This document shows, piece by piece, positions 1 to 9,596 of a stretch of DNA of 64,000 bases. The translations under genes and the position numbers were made by a program. The stretch is from a virus: IMG/VR virus record IMGVR_UViG_3300022602_001838, positions 1 through 64,000 of that record; one strand, 5' to 3'. The first letter of the stretch is position 1; each line of letters starts with the position of its first letter. The notes below the pieces were generated by a model, which had not been told where the DNA came from, made no database searches, and saw only the letters and a program-made list of their open reading frames with translations.

Positions 1-70
1 GCTGATAGTTCCTTTACAACTGTTAGAGCGGGTGGATGTTGGTAGCATCGCGACCTGCACTTTTATTTAT
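1..70 (-). promoter_or_regulatory. Late promoter plus structured leader (copy A) for a gene starting just left of the window
   Basis: Minus strand reads ATAAATAAAAGTGC-[hairpin]-GCTCTAACAGTTGTAAAGGAACTATCAGC. The first 14 and last 29 nt are identical to 25517-25585, which precedes the GIY-YIG gene. Confidence 0.75.
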
Positions 71-79
71 CAATTAAAA

Positions 80-1384
80 ATGGAATTTCCGAAAGAAAAG
101 CCTCCTAATTTGTGTTTAGCCGCTTGGACTCACACATATTTGAGTCCACAAACTGAACGCAGAATGTGTTGTGCGTCACGAGAACCTGCACAAAACTTTG
201 AACAGTATATTGATACTGGTAGTGGTACTGGTAAATACATCCCCATAACACTAGATGAACACTGGAACAGTGACCATATGCGTAGTGTACGCAGACGAAT
301 GATGGCCGGAGAAACACTGCCCGAGTGTGAAGTATGCAATGACAAACTATTGAATACCTCTGTTTACCGCAGTTATTTTGACCACTTGTTTGGGCATAAG
401 TATTCTCAAGTACTAGAAACTACTGATAATACTGGATATACAACCATGAAACCAGTCAGTTGGGATTACAGATTTAGTAATCTTTGCAACTTCAAGTGTC
501 GTATGTGTGGTGATATGTTGAGCAGTAGCTGGGAGTCAGAACAGCGCCAACACAACATGATCAATTGGCATAATCCAAAAAATAACTGGATGAAACCTGA
601 GGTCAGAAAGCAAATTGAGGAGTTCCAACAAAGTCAAATTGAACAAGAATTTGCACAGGCTGTGGAAGAACACAGGGTTGAAGAAGTGTACTGGGTAGGT
701 GGAGAGCCGCTAATGTATGAACAACACTGGCGTTACATGAAACGTATAATTGACTTAGGGGATGGACCAAATGTTTACGCACGCTATAATACTAATCTTA
801 GCCGTGTCAATTATCGCGGTGTTAATCTTTATAGGGACATTCTATCTGGGTTACGGGATTGGCAAATCTGTGCAAGCCTCGACGGAACAGGTGCGATTGG
901 AGAATACATTAGAACAGGCCTCAGATACGATAGCTGGCTTGAGAACTTCACTCAAGGAGTTTCGCATTCAACTAATCATAGACAGATGCGAATCGACTTC
1001 ACCCTTACCCTGCCAGGAATGTTTGAGATTGAACGCATTGAACGATTGTCCACAACCCTCGGTGTACAAGTTCTGGCGAAGGTAATTTTTAGTTTTAGCC
1101 CGGACATAGTTATGTCACCTTTAGCCCTACCCAGAGAACTACTTGATCCCTGGATAGATGAAACCATCACTGCCGGCGTCACCGGCCCGTTAAAGGATAT
1201 CTTAGTCCAGCTGAAATCTCGACCAACATTTGCAGAGCAATGGCCTGAAGAATATCAAAATGGGCTTGTAAAAGGCAAAGCTCGTGTGTTAAAATTAGAA
1301 AGTATTCGCACACAATCAATTACCATGCGTGAGATATTAAGTGAGCGACCAGAAATATTAGAATGGTGGGACAGCATTGAATAA
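80..1384 (+). CDS. Radical SAM protein with N-terminal SPASM/twitch-like Cys motif
   Basis: CxxxCxxC (NLCNFKCRMC), GGEP, YNTN and ASLDG motifs; N-terminal C...CC...CxxC. Start moved to the ATG at 80. Confidence 0.85.
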   Translation: MEFPKEKPPNLCLAAWTHTYLSPQTERRMCCASREPAQNFEQYIDTGSGTGKYIPITLDEHWNSDHMRSVRRRMMAGETLPECEVCNDKLLNTSVYRSYFDHLFGHKYSQVLETTDNTGYTTMKPVSWDYRFSNLCNFKCRMCGDMLSSSWESEQRQHNMINWHNPKNNWMKPEVRKQIEEFQQSQIEQEFAQAVEEHRVEEVYWVGGEPLMYEQHWRYMKRIIDLGDGPNVYARYNTNLSRVNYRGVNLYRDILSGLRDWQICASLDGTGAIGEYIRTGLRYDSWLENFTQGVSHSTNHRQMRIDFTLTLPGMFEIERIERLSTTLGVQVLAKVIFSFSPDIVMSPLALPRELLDPWIDETITAGVTGPLKDILVQLKSRPTFAEQWPEEYQNGLVKGKARVLKLESIRTQSITMREILSERPEILEWWDSIE

Positions 1385-2450
1385 AGTCGTAGTTACTCTA
1401 CAAAACCCCTTAGACAAGAAAGATACATTAGATTATACAATCGCAGTAGACGACACTGAGCTTGGTAATCTTTGGTATACAGCATTACAAGATATACTAA
1501 GACGCAATCTGTATCTTGAAAAGAACTTTTGCTTTTTGGGATTCCCCGACACACCCAGAGACTTGGATTATATCTGTCGTGAGCTAACGTTGGCACGTAA
1601 TCAGATCAATAGTTTCTTTGATCCCGACGACTATCACATCTACGAGATTTATTATCCTGATGTGCTACGCACGGGCTTGAACCCAAATCAAAGTGTAATG
1701 AACAAGCTACACAATCACTTTGAGCGACTACAAGGCACTGTATGGGAATTAAGTGACTATTACAAACGTGCCGACTATGAGACCAAGTATGCTATTAGAC
1801 AACTAAACAACTTGTGTCATGAGGCAGAGAGCTTGATGCTGAGTCAACGCAAGAAAGCAACACAGCCAGAGTGGGTTCGCCCCAGCCAGATCACAACATT
1901 TTTGAATGCACCACGTTATGACTTCCCGCAACAGCTTAAAAAGACTTTCACAGAAACTGCGTATGATCGCCGGCATGGACAGGTATTCCTTCATTGGACC
2001 CAAATTGGAAAAACGCTATATGAAGTATATAGAGATGAAGGCGGGGCCGATATGGACACAGCGACTTGTGAAGCTATCACGCATCTACGTTACTATTCGG
2101 GCGAGTTTGATATCGAGTGGGCGCAGAGTATCACGTATGGTGGACCTCATCCGTGGCATGACCAAGAACTCGACGGTTTTAAACTTTGGCTCGGACGAAG
2201 TGGAATTTCTACAGAAGATGCTGAATTCAATTTCGGCTATCACCCCGTCGCCCAAGTCCAATTACAAGAAAGTTTTGGCACTACTGACTTCCAAGAGATT
2301 ACCCAAACGCTCAGTCGATATCTCAATATCAGTCGAATTCAAGCCGCTGCCATCAGTGCAGACTATCTATATACCTACACTGATGCCGACTACCAGCAAC
2401 AACAAATCGAACATTTAAAGCCCGGATATGATTATAGTAGCAGGCGGTGA
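1377..2450 (+). CDS. Hypothetical protein
   Basis: 357-aa ORF overlapping both neighbours; LHNHFE and LNNLCHEAE motifs; no family recognised. Confidence 0.7.
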   Translation: MNKVVVTLQNPLDKKDTLDYTIAVDDTELGNLWYTALQDILRRNLYLEKNFCFLGFPDTPRDLDYICRELTLARNQINSFFDPDDYHIYEIYYPDVLRTGLNPNQSVMNKLHNHFERLQGTVWELSDYYKRADYETKYAIRQLNNLCHEAESLMLSQRKKATQPEWVRPSQITTFLNAPRYDFPQQLKKTFTETAYDRRHGQVFLHWTQIGKTLYEVYRDEGGADMDTATCEAITHLRYYSGEFDIEWAQSITYGGPHPWHDQELDGFKLWLGRSGISTEDAEFNFGYHPVAQVQLQESFGTTDFQEITQTLSRYLNISRIQAAAISADYLYTYTDADYQQQQIEHLKPGYDYSSRR

Positions 2451-3207
2451 TAGCTTTGTATGGGGCAGCGAACTGGCCAGCCCTGATAACACATTTACAG
2501 CACTACTAGGTGCAGACGAATGTGTTGCCTGGCCTGGATTTGGCAACGATGCTATTGCACGTACTACAATAGAACGATGTGAACACGGCATCGTAGATGG
2601 TGTAATTGTATCGTGGACCTTTCCTGGCAGATACGAATTTAGATTTGCCTACGATACAGAACAACGTAAGAGTCCTTGGTACAGTATCAATGCGTGGACT
2701 ATTAAACAGGATGTTAAAGAAATTGAACAAGAATTTGTTACCAAAGATAAAGCTATTTTGGATGCCCAGCTGGAATCCATTAGCCGAGCGAAGAAGACTG
2801 GTGTTGCGGATTTCGCACGGACATTTTTTGCGCACGTGGGTTCTACGGAATACTGGGAAGTGTATAGTAGTCTTAAAGAAATTGTTTACCTACAAAACTA
2901 TCTCAAAATAAAAAACATTCCCTATATGTTTACCTGTGCCGACAACAGTATAATCTACAATCATACAATTGAACACGCAGACAGTACAATCAGTAGTTTG
3001 GTACAGCAAATCGATCTTACTAAATGGTTTTGGTTTCCTGCAGGCACTGAGGCAAATGAAACTCAGGAGCAAAGAGGTTTTTACCAGTGGGCTATGGAAA
3101 ATAAATACCCTATAGGCACAACACATCCACTAGAAGCCGCACATCAAGATGCAGCAAAGCTGATGCAGGAGAAATTCAATGAACTGGTTAAAAAATCTAT
3201 ACAATAG
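2428..3207 (+). CDS. SGNH/GDSL-like hydrolase or acyltransferase
   Basis: N-terminal GDSF, G-x-N block, C-terminal THP..AH; paralogous to the ORFs at 3277, 12525 and 24805. Confidence 0.6.
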   Translation: MIIVAGGDSFVWGSELASPDNTFTALLGADECVAWPGFGNDAIARTTIERCEHGIVDGVIVSWTFPGRYEFRFAYDTEQRKSPWYSINAWTIKQDVKEIEQEFVTKDKAILDAQLESISRAKKTGVADFARTFFAHVGSTEYWEVYSSLKEIVYLQNYLKIKNIPYMFTCADNSIIYNHTIEHADSTISSLVQQIDLTKWFWFPAGTEANETQEQRGFYQWAMENKYPIGTTHPLEAAHQDAAKLMQEKFNELVKKSIQ

Positions 3208-3280
3208 AATAGCATTAGAAATACGCTATCGCAAAAAGCTCAAAGAGCTACGCAAACGAGATCCATTTATCTACAAATGA
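3179..3280 (+). CDS. 33-aa basic peptide MNWLKNLYNRIALEIRYRKKLKELRKRDPFIYK
   Basis: Read manually. Fills the gap between ORFs with an ATGA overlap onto 3277; the RDPFIY ending resembles small ORFs seen beside phage carbamoyltransferases. Confidence 0.65.
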   Translation: MNWLKNLYNRIALEIRYRKKLKELRKRDPFIYK

Positions 3281-3924
3281 AAGTACTGACAGTAGGTTGC
3301 AGTTTCACTTATGGTGAAGAACTAGCACATCCACAGGCAGATTCTTGGCCAGTTGTGTTGGCTAGAAAAAATTTTTGGGAACTGAATAACCAAGGCAAAT
3401 GTGGTGGCAGCAACGACAGAAGTACTCGTGTTGTATTTGAAGAAATAGATAAGGGCTACGATCTAATCATAGTTGCTTGGACAGTGCCAGACAGATTTGA
3501 AGTCCCAGCAAATGGTACAGTCTTGGACATAAACATCAACAGTGGTGAAAAGCGCAATATGTATTGGGCAACTGAGTACTATGCAAAACACTATGATAGA
3601 CTTTATAGCTATACAAAGTGGTTGAGAAATGTTATACTGTTGCAAAGTTATTTGAAAAGTCGTAATCAACGCTATCTATTTTGTAGCACATTTGGTATGT
3701 GGAGTGATCTAGGCATAGACACATATCAGGAATATAGTAAGAATCTAGATTGGTTAATCAAGCAAGTGGATAAAGAACACTACGTTGATTGGCCAGAATG
3801 GGGAATGACAGACTGGATGGGCAATTGCCCAAAAGGTCCCGGCGGACATCCTTTAGAAGCTGGACACACAAGTATTGCAGTAAGAATCAATGAACACATT
3901 AGGCATCTCGGCTGGCTTTCATGA
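3277..3924 (+). CDS. SGNH/GDSL-like hydrolase or acyltransferase
   Basis: GCSFTYG, GGSN and C-terminal GHPLEAGH. Confidence 0.6.
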   Translation: MKVLTVGCSFTYGEELAHPQADSWPVVLARKNFWELNNQGKCGGSNDRSTRVVFEEIDKGYDLIIVAWTVPDRFEVPANGTVLDININSGEKRNMYWATEYYAKHYDRLYSYTKWLRNVILLQSYLKSRNQRYLFCSTFGMWSDLGIDTYQEYSKNLDWLIKQVDKEHYVDWPEWGMTDWMGNCPKGPGGHPLEAGHTSIAVRINEHIRHLGWLS

Positions 3925-5368
3925 TGCGGCAGCAACAGTATTAGACCGTTATGGTAATATACTGTTTGCAGGCCACAGTGAACGCTACAGCAAACAAAAG
4001 AATGACGCAGAAATATCGTTTGATCTAATCGACGAGATTGATATGTCACGCATTAGCACCATTGCCTATTACGAACGTCCTTGGCTTAAACAACTACGTA
4101 GAGCCTACAGCGGAGAAGGAATCGAGTGGCACAAGTTAACTACAAGACAAATACTTGAACATCAACTTGGTAGAACCAGAATCAAGGGCAAGAAGATTAG
4201 AAATTATAGTCATCATCTAAGTCACGCAGCAGCTGGCTTTCAGACCAGTAAGTTTGATCGTGCCACAGTAGTTGTCATTGACGCTATCGGTGAATGGGAT
4301 ACTATCAGCATATGGGGCGCAGAGTATGTGAACAACCAAGCACGATACACTAAGCTATGGACACAAAAGTATCCACACAGTATTGGCTTGTTCTACAGTG
4401 CCATTACTGAAAAGATTGGACTCAAGCCCAATGAAGATGAATACATCACAATGGGTATGGCGGCGTATGGCAAAGATTTTGTCAGTATGGCCATGCGTAA
4501 CAGAATAGTAGGTCACGAATATGCAGTTACGTTCAAACAGAACCTACACCTTGGACTACACGATGAATACTTTAACATATTCCACGATGCTGACATGGCA
4601 GCAAGCGCACAGGCAGTAACAGAAGATTTGATACTAAATGTAATGACTCGTGCTAAAAAGTTCAAGTGGAGCACAAACTTAGTTTATATGGGAGGTGTAG
4701 CCCTTAACTGCACCGCTAACGCAAGAATAGGAAATTACTTCGATGATATATGGATTATGCCTTGTCCTGGCGATGCTGGCTCTAGTCTGGGGGCCGCTGC
4801 ACTTTCTTATGGCCATAGGATTAATTGGACAGATGCTTTTTTGGGTCACATTATTCCTGGTGCTTACCCTGTTAATGACGCCTTGGATCATTTACTGTCT
4901 GATCGCATTGTTGGTGTTGCGAGTGGTCGTGCAGAATTCGGACCGAGGGCGCTAGGCAACAGAAGTTTATTGGCAGACCCTAGACATAAAGATATAAAGG
5001 AACGTGTAAATGAAATTAAACAACGACAACAATTCAGACCCTTTGCGCCAATTATTCTGGAAGAGTTGGCTGATACTTACTTTGATATGCCTCGTGGTTG
5101 GGATACTAGTAGGTATATGCAGTCAGTCGCTCGTTGCAGGGTTCCTGACTTATTTCCTGCTATCGTTCACGTTGATTCAACTAGTCGTGTACAGACTGTG
5201 CCAAAAGATGGATCGGGAATTAGAGAACTGCTCGAAAAGTGGTATGTAATGACAGGCTGCCCAATGTTGCTCAACACCAGTCTGAATGTAAAAGGCGAGC
5301 CTATGGTCAATGATCGTGCTGACGCAGACAGATTTGAACGCCTGTATAAAGTAAAGGTGGTATCGTGA
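3890..5368 (+). CDS. Carbamoyltransferase (NodU/CmcH/TobZ family)
   Basis: HDAAA, HHLSHAA, GGVALNC, GDAG, EFGPRALGNRSLLADP, FRPFAP and LLNTSLN motifs. Confidence 0.93.
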   Translation: MNTLGISAGFHDAAATVLDRYGNILFAGHSERYSKQKNDAEISFDLIDEIDMSRISTIAYYERPWLKQLRRAYSGEGIEWHKLTTRQILEHQLGRTRIKGKKIRNYSHHLSHAAAGFQTSKFDRATVVVIDAIGEWDTISIWGAEYVNNQARYTKLWTQKYPHSIGLFYSAITEKIGLKPNEDEYITMGMAAYGKDFVSMAMRNRIVGHEYAVTFKQNLHLGLHDEYFNIFHDADMAASAQAVTEDLILNVMTRAKKFKWSTNLVYMGGVALNCTANARIGNYFDDIWIMPCPGDAGSSLGAAALSYGHRINWTDAFLGHIIPGAYPVNDALDHLLSDRIVGVASGRAEFGPRALGNRSLLADPRHKDIKERVNEIKQRQQFRPFAPIILEELADTYFDMPRGWDTSRYMQSVARCRVPDLFPAIVHVDSTSRVQTVPKDGSGIRELLEKWYVMTGCPMLLNTSLNVKGEPMVNDRADADRFERLYKVKVVS

Positions 5369-5976
5369 CAACACGTATTTTGATTATGGGCTTGCCGGGC
5401 TCGGGCAAGACAACATTCGCACAGGAACTAGTCAAGCGATTTATGTTGGAGCATACTGTACAATGGTACAACGCTGATACAGTACGTGCGTTGTACAATG
5501 ATTGGGATTTTAGCGATGCTGGGCGCAAACGACAAGTCGAACGTATGCGTGACCTTAGCGATAGCAGCGATGCAGAATTTGTTATCTGTGACTTTGTGTG
5601 CCCCACTGACGAACTGCGCAACATTTATGCAGCAGACATTGTAATCTGGATGGACACTATACGTGCTGGCAGATTTGAAGACACCAATCGTGCATTCATA
5701 CCTCCGACAAAGTATACTTACCGTGTGACTGATTGGACTGAGCACTGGATAGAGGCAATCTCAAAACAATTAGTTAAGGTTGGTGATAGTCACAAACGTA
5801 GTCTACTCAAAGCACTGAGCTGGCGCACACTGGGTACTTTAGATACCTTTGTGCTGAGTTGGATCATTACAGGCAGTGTAAACTTTGCAGCAGCAATTGG
5901 CGGCATTGAACTACTGACCAAGAGCATATTGTACTATGCTCACGAACGAGTTTGGACTCGAATTAAGATTCGTTAA
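5365..5976 (+). CDS. Adenylylsulfate kinase-like P-loop kinase fused to a DUF2061-like membrane domain
   Basis: GLPGSGKT, NADTVR, DFS..GR. C-terminal RSLLKALSWR...YYAHERVW is typical of DUF2061. Confidence 0.75.
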   Translation: MTTRILIMGLPGSGKTTFAQELVKRFMLEHTVQWYNADTVRALYNDWDFSDAGRKRQVERMRDLSDSSDAEFVICDFVCPTDELRNIYAADIVIWMDTIRAGRFEDTNRAFIPPTKYTYRVTDWTEHWIEAISKQLVKVGDSHKRSLLKALSWRTLGTLDTFVLSWIITGSVNFAAAIGGIELLTKSILYYAHERVWTRIKIR

Positions 5977-7129
5977 CTGCACTTCTGATATTGTCAAGCA
6001 ATTCATTCCAACAATAGTCCAAGAACTCGTTGCTATAGAATAGACTGTGATTGTGCTCTAAGACGGGCTGCATTTCTTGCAGAATATCATAGAGTTGCTG
6101 TTCACTCAGACTGCAAATTTTGCTCATAGTGTCTCCGATAGCCCCCATACGTAGTATAGGATCTTCTATATCATCGTAGCTCTCATCTATCCAAGGGCTA
6201 AATGTTTTGAAACCATACTCACGCAAATACTTTAGGTTATGTGCAGGTCCCGCAAGCACAAAGGGCATCTTACTCACAATCGGTTTAAAAATCTTTTCAG
6301 TCAAGTGATGCTTGCGCTCCCAATAGCAAGTCTCTGTGACCAAGAAGCAAAAACTTTCTTGTGTTTGCTCGATAGCCCCAAGTTGAAAGCTATTGTTTGG
6401 TATAAACTGTTCGTCAGTAAAATCTATGCGAAGTGGCAGAGGCGCCTGTGATATATTTTCAATGACCTCGTTCATTAGTTCTGTTGTTATCAAGCCTAAA
6501 TCTTTAGCACTGTTTAGATTCGCCACATAGTCCTGCTGATTCTCGGTACACACATCACTATAACTAACGTAGCCTTGATCGAGTATATCACGCTTTACAA
6601 GTTCACTTACAAGCAAACTGCGATACACTCTGCTAGAACTGGTAATTCTATTGAACGTGATGAATTTCTTTTTAATAATACGATCTTTGGGGTCAATCAA
6701 TCTGGCATCATATCTGTATCCGCGATACCAATCGTGTGCTGCAAAAGCATGATGGAAGTAGTAGACAGATTTCCAACGATACAGATGCAGGATTTTGTCC
6801 AGTGGATCACTCTCTTTCTCAGTGGTTACTAGAATGTGTGGACCCAATAGTTTCTTTATGCTATTGAATAGTGGATGATTAAATTCACCCAAGATTGGTT
6901 CTTGGTCGTAGAATAACAGCAGTGGACCATCTGCTAGATACTTTTTTGGTCTTGTGAAGTTCTCTGTATCATTGAGTTTTCGATTTAGTTCTTCTAGGTC
7001 ATCTGATACTGATTCTACATTTTCTGGTTGAGTGCTGCCGTAGGGCATTAGGTAAAATACTCTACGTTGTGTTACAATACTTTTTATTGCGTGAAAAATA
7101 TTTTCGTAATGTCTATGGATATCGTACAT
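5963..7129 (-). CDS. Glycosyltransferase-like hypothetical protein
   Basis: LVTET...LTEKIFKPI..PF...L..LREYGFKTF..IDESYD block, resembling the GT-B/GT10-like C-terminal region common in large phages. Confidence 0.55.
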   Translation of the reverse strand: MYDIHRHYENIFHAIKSIVTQRRVFYLMPYGSTQPENVESVSDDLEELNRKLNDTENFTRPKKYLADGPLLLFYDQEPILGEFNHPLFNSIKKLLGPHILVTTEKESDPLDKILHLYRWKSVYYFHHAFAAHDWYRGYRYDARLIDPKDRIIKKKFITFNRITSSSRVYRSLLVSELVKRDILDQGYVSYSDVCTENQQDYVANLNSAKDLGLITTELMNEVIENISQAPLPLRIDFTDEQFIPNNSFQLGAIEQTQESFCFLVTETCYWERKHHLTEKIFKPIVSKMPFVLAGPAHNLKYLREYGFKTFSPWIDESYDDIEDPILRMGAIGDTMSKICSLSEQQLYDILQEMQPVLEHNHSLFYSNEFLDYCWNELLDNIRSAVNES

Positions 7130-9593
7130 GTTTGATGTTTTTTATTTTGGTGCTAAACCAAATCTATTTGCGTTTGAAAAACAGGCTGTGAGCTTGGAAG
7201 ATGCTGCCTTAAAGGCAAAAACTAGTCACTACTGGTATATTTATGGCAGCAATGACTACACTGGATTTGATTTTGACTATACGCCAGTGCCCTGGGAACA
7301 GGATCACTTGCACGTTTGGCCCACACAATGGTCAGAGTTTGGTGGTGCATACCTGGTCTGTGTCAATAGTTTAGCAGAACGCAAGTACCATCATCACACA
7401 AAAATTATAACAGCAAAGCCAACTACAGAGCATTGGACAACACTGCACGATGTAACAGAGTTTGACTATAGCTGGCATCCTCATCCAATGGATCCTCCAT
7501 TCATCTATGTGTTTGGCAATCAATGGCACAGTCCAGAACGTATGCCCACAGTAGAATATCGTGTAGAGGGCGCAACTGAACGCAAGTATATGCACAACAT
7601 TCGTGCCACACTGGCAGCTACTAAAGATAACTGGGTAGTCAACGCAGATACACCTATCAAGTTTGATTTTACGTGGTGTCCTGATCCATTTGACCCACCC
7701 TTCATTTATGTATTTGGCAATCAATACTGGGAAGGACAGCGTAGTGCAACAGTGGAGTATCACGCACCAGGAGCAACAGGGCGTAAGTTTGTAGAAGACA
7801 TACAGGCAGAACTCTCAGACTTGGATATCTTTTTCATAGACAAGAACAATCCATTGGCAACATCACGTGTGACTGGCTTGCGAGATTTGGGTATTGATGT
7901 AAAGACCACACGCTATGCCAATACAATGATAGACACGATCAAACGATGTGCCGCAAAAAGTAAGACTGCTCTGTTCTGGGTCATTAGCAGTGAGAATGAA
8001 TATAGTGAGTTTGACTTCGACTGGCAACCTGAACCTTGGCAGCGTAGTATGACTCACGTGTTTGGTAGTAAGTGGAATAAATGGACTGATACATTCTTGA
8101 TTAACAAGAACGAGTTCTTGCGACATATCACGTGGGCAGAAAAACTTGAACAGTTCCCTAACTTGAACTTTGTAGAAAATCAATTAGTGTCTACATCAAA
8201 TGACAGCAGTGCTATGTACTATGTCGATCATGGCAACGGCGATGCACGATACGATTTTCCCGAGTTGCAGAAGAAGTTTCCAAACATTCGCACAACCAGA
8301 TTTGTAGACAACTATCTTGACACATTCAAGCGTATCATAGCAACTGCCACAACTGATTATGTTTGGATTCTGAGCAGTGTTTGTAACTACAGCAATTTTG
8401 ATTTCTCATGGCAACCAGGAGCTTGGGAACGTGAACAGATCCATTGCTTCTGCAACAACATGGGTCAGTGGATGGAAAAGCGAGGAGACACATTTTACAT
8501 ACCAGTGGAAGTATTCAAGTCTCAAATGTACGATCTTGAGTTGTTAGATTGGTTCAATGTTATCAGCTATAATGCAAGTCAAGATGTTAAACGTTGGAAT
8601 ATACCCGTAGTTGAATACGAATCAGACAATTTAATTGAGGAAATCAAGAACTATAACTTCACTACACCCTATGTATTGTTTGCCAACAGAGAGTTTGCTG
8701 GTGCGGCTGGAGAAAATGTTGTTGATTGCTTGTGGACAGAGAAAGACAGAACAGTTCGTCCCTATTCACAAAGCGGTGGCATAACTTTGGTGCCACGTGA
8801 TGTTAAGAAGTATCTAAAAACTCAGATGTATGATTATCCATATCTATACAAATATGATGAGGGCTTGCCATACAATTATTATGCAGACAATTCGTTAGAT
8901 GTTGTCTACATCAGCAACGGGGAACCAGATGCCGAACGTTGGTACAAGCATTTAGAGAAAGTCTTAGATCAGAAAAATGTAGTAGCAGACTTTCCCAGAT
9001 TCTCAAACAAACTTCATCGTGTGACCAATGTGAATGGTCGTGTTGCAGCTTATCAGGCAGCAGCAAGAGCAAGCACAACACATTGGTTCTTTGCAGTGTT
9101 TGCCAAACTTGAAGTTGATAAGGATTTTGACTTTAACTGGCAACCTGACTACTGGCAAGAGCCCAAGCACTATATCTTCAATGCTCGTAACCCAGTCAAT
9201 GGACTTGAATATGGACATATGGGCTTGATTGCTTATAACAAGCGACTGGTGCTTGAGAATAATAATCCGGGCATTGACTTTACACTGAGTCAACCACACG
9301 AGTCAGTTCCCAAGCTAAGTGGGATCGCACATTTTAATCAGGATGCGTGGACCACTTGGCGTACTGCATTCCGTGAAGTACTCAAGTTGCGTATGTTTAT
9401 GGACTCTAAACCCACAATTGAAACTGAGCATAGATTGAATGTGTGGTGTACAAAAGCCACTGGCAATCACAGTGATTACAGCATTTGGGGTGCAGCCAAT
9501 GCGTTGAAATACTATGACGAAGTGGGCGGAGATCCAGCGAAACTACAGTTGAGTTTTGACTGGGATTGGCTGAGAGCACGTTATGATAAATAA
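7128..9593 (+). CDS. Large repeat-containing glycosyltransferase-like protein
   Basis: Four FDF.W.P..W....H.F modules and two DPPFIYVFGNQ repeats; C-terminal NPVNGLEYG and WRTAFRE. Confidence 0.6.
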   Translation: MFDVFYFGAKPNLFAFEKQAVSLEDAALKAKTSHYWYIYGSNDYTGFDFDYTPVPWEQDHLHVWPTQWSEFGGAYLVCVNSLAERKYHHHTKIITAKPTTEHWTTLHDVTEFDYSWHPHPMDPPFIYVFGNQWHSPERMPTVEYRVEGATERKYMHNIRATLAATKDNWVVNADTPIKFDFTWCPDPFDPPFIYVFGNQYWEGQRSATVEYHAPGATGRKFVEDIQAELSDLDIFFIDKNNPLATSRVTGLRDLGIDVKTTRYANTMIDTIKRCAAKSKTALFWVISSENEYSEFDFDWQPEPWQRSMTHVFGSKWNKWTDTFLINKNEFLRHITWAEKLEQFPNLNFVENQLVSTSNDSSAMYYVDHGNGDARYDFPELQKKFPNIRTTRFVDNYLDTFKRIIATATTDYVWILSSVCNYSNFDFSWQPGAWEREQIHCFCNNMGQWMEKRGDTFYIPVEVFKSQMYDLELLDWFNVISYNASQDVKRWNIPVVEYESDNLIEEIKNYNFTTPYVLFANREFAGAAGENVVDCLWTEKDRTVRPYSQSGGITLVPRDVKKYLKTQMYDYPYLYKYDEGLPYNYYADNSLDVVYISNGEPDAERWYKHLEKVLDQKNVVADFPRFSNKLHRVTNVNGRVAAYQAAARASTTHWFFAVFAKLEVDKDFDFNWQPDYWQEPKHYIFNARNPVNGLEYGHMGLIAYNKRLVLENNNPGIDFTLSQPHESVPKLSGIAHFNQDAWTTWRTAFREVLKLRMFMDSKPTIETEHRLNVWCTKATGNHSDYSIWGAANALKYYDEVGGDPAKLQLSFDWDWLRARYDK
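9586..9592 (+). promoter_or_regulatory. T4-like late promoter ATAAATA
   Basis: GATAAATA lies 4 nt before the ATG at 9597. Confidence 0.6.
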
Positions 9594-9596
9594 TAG

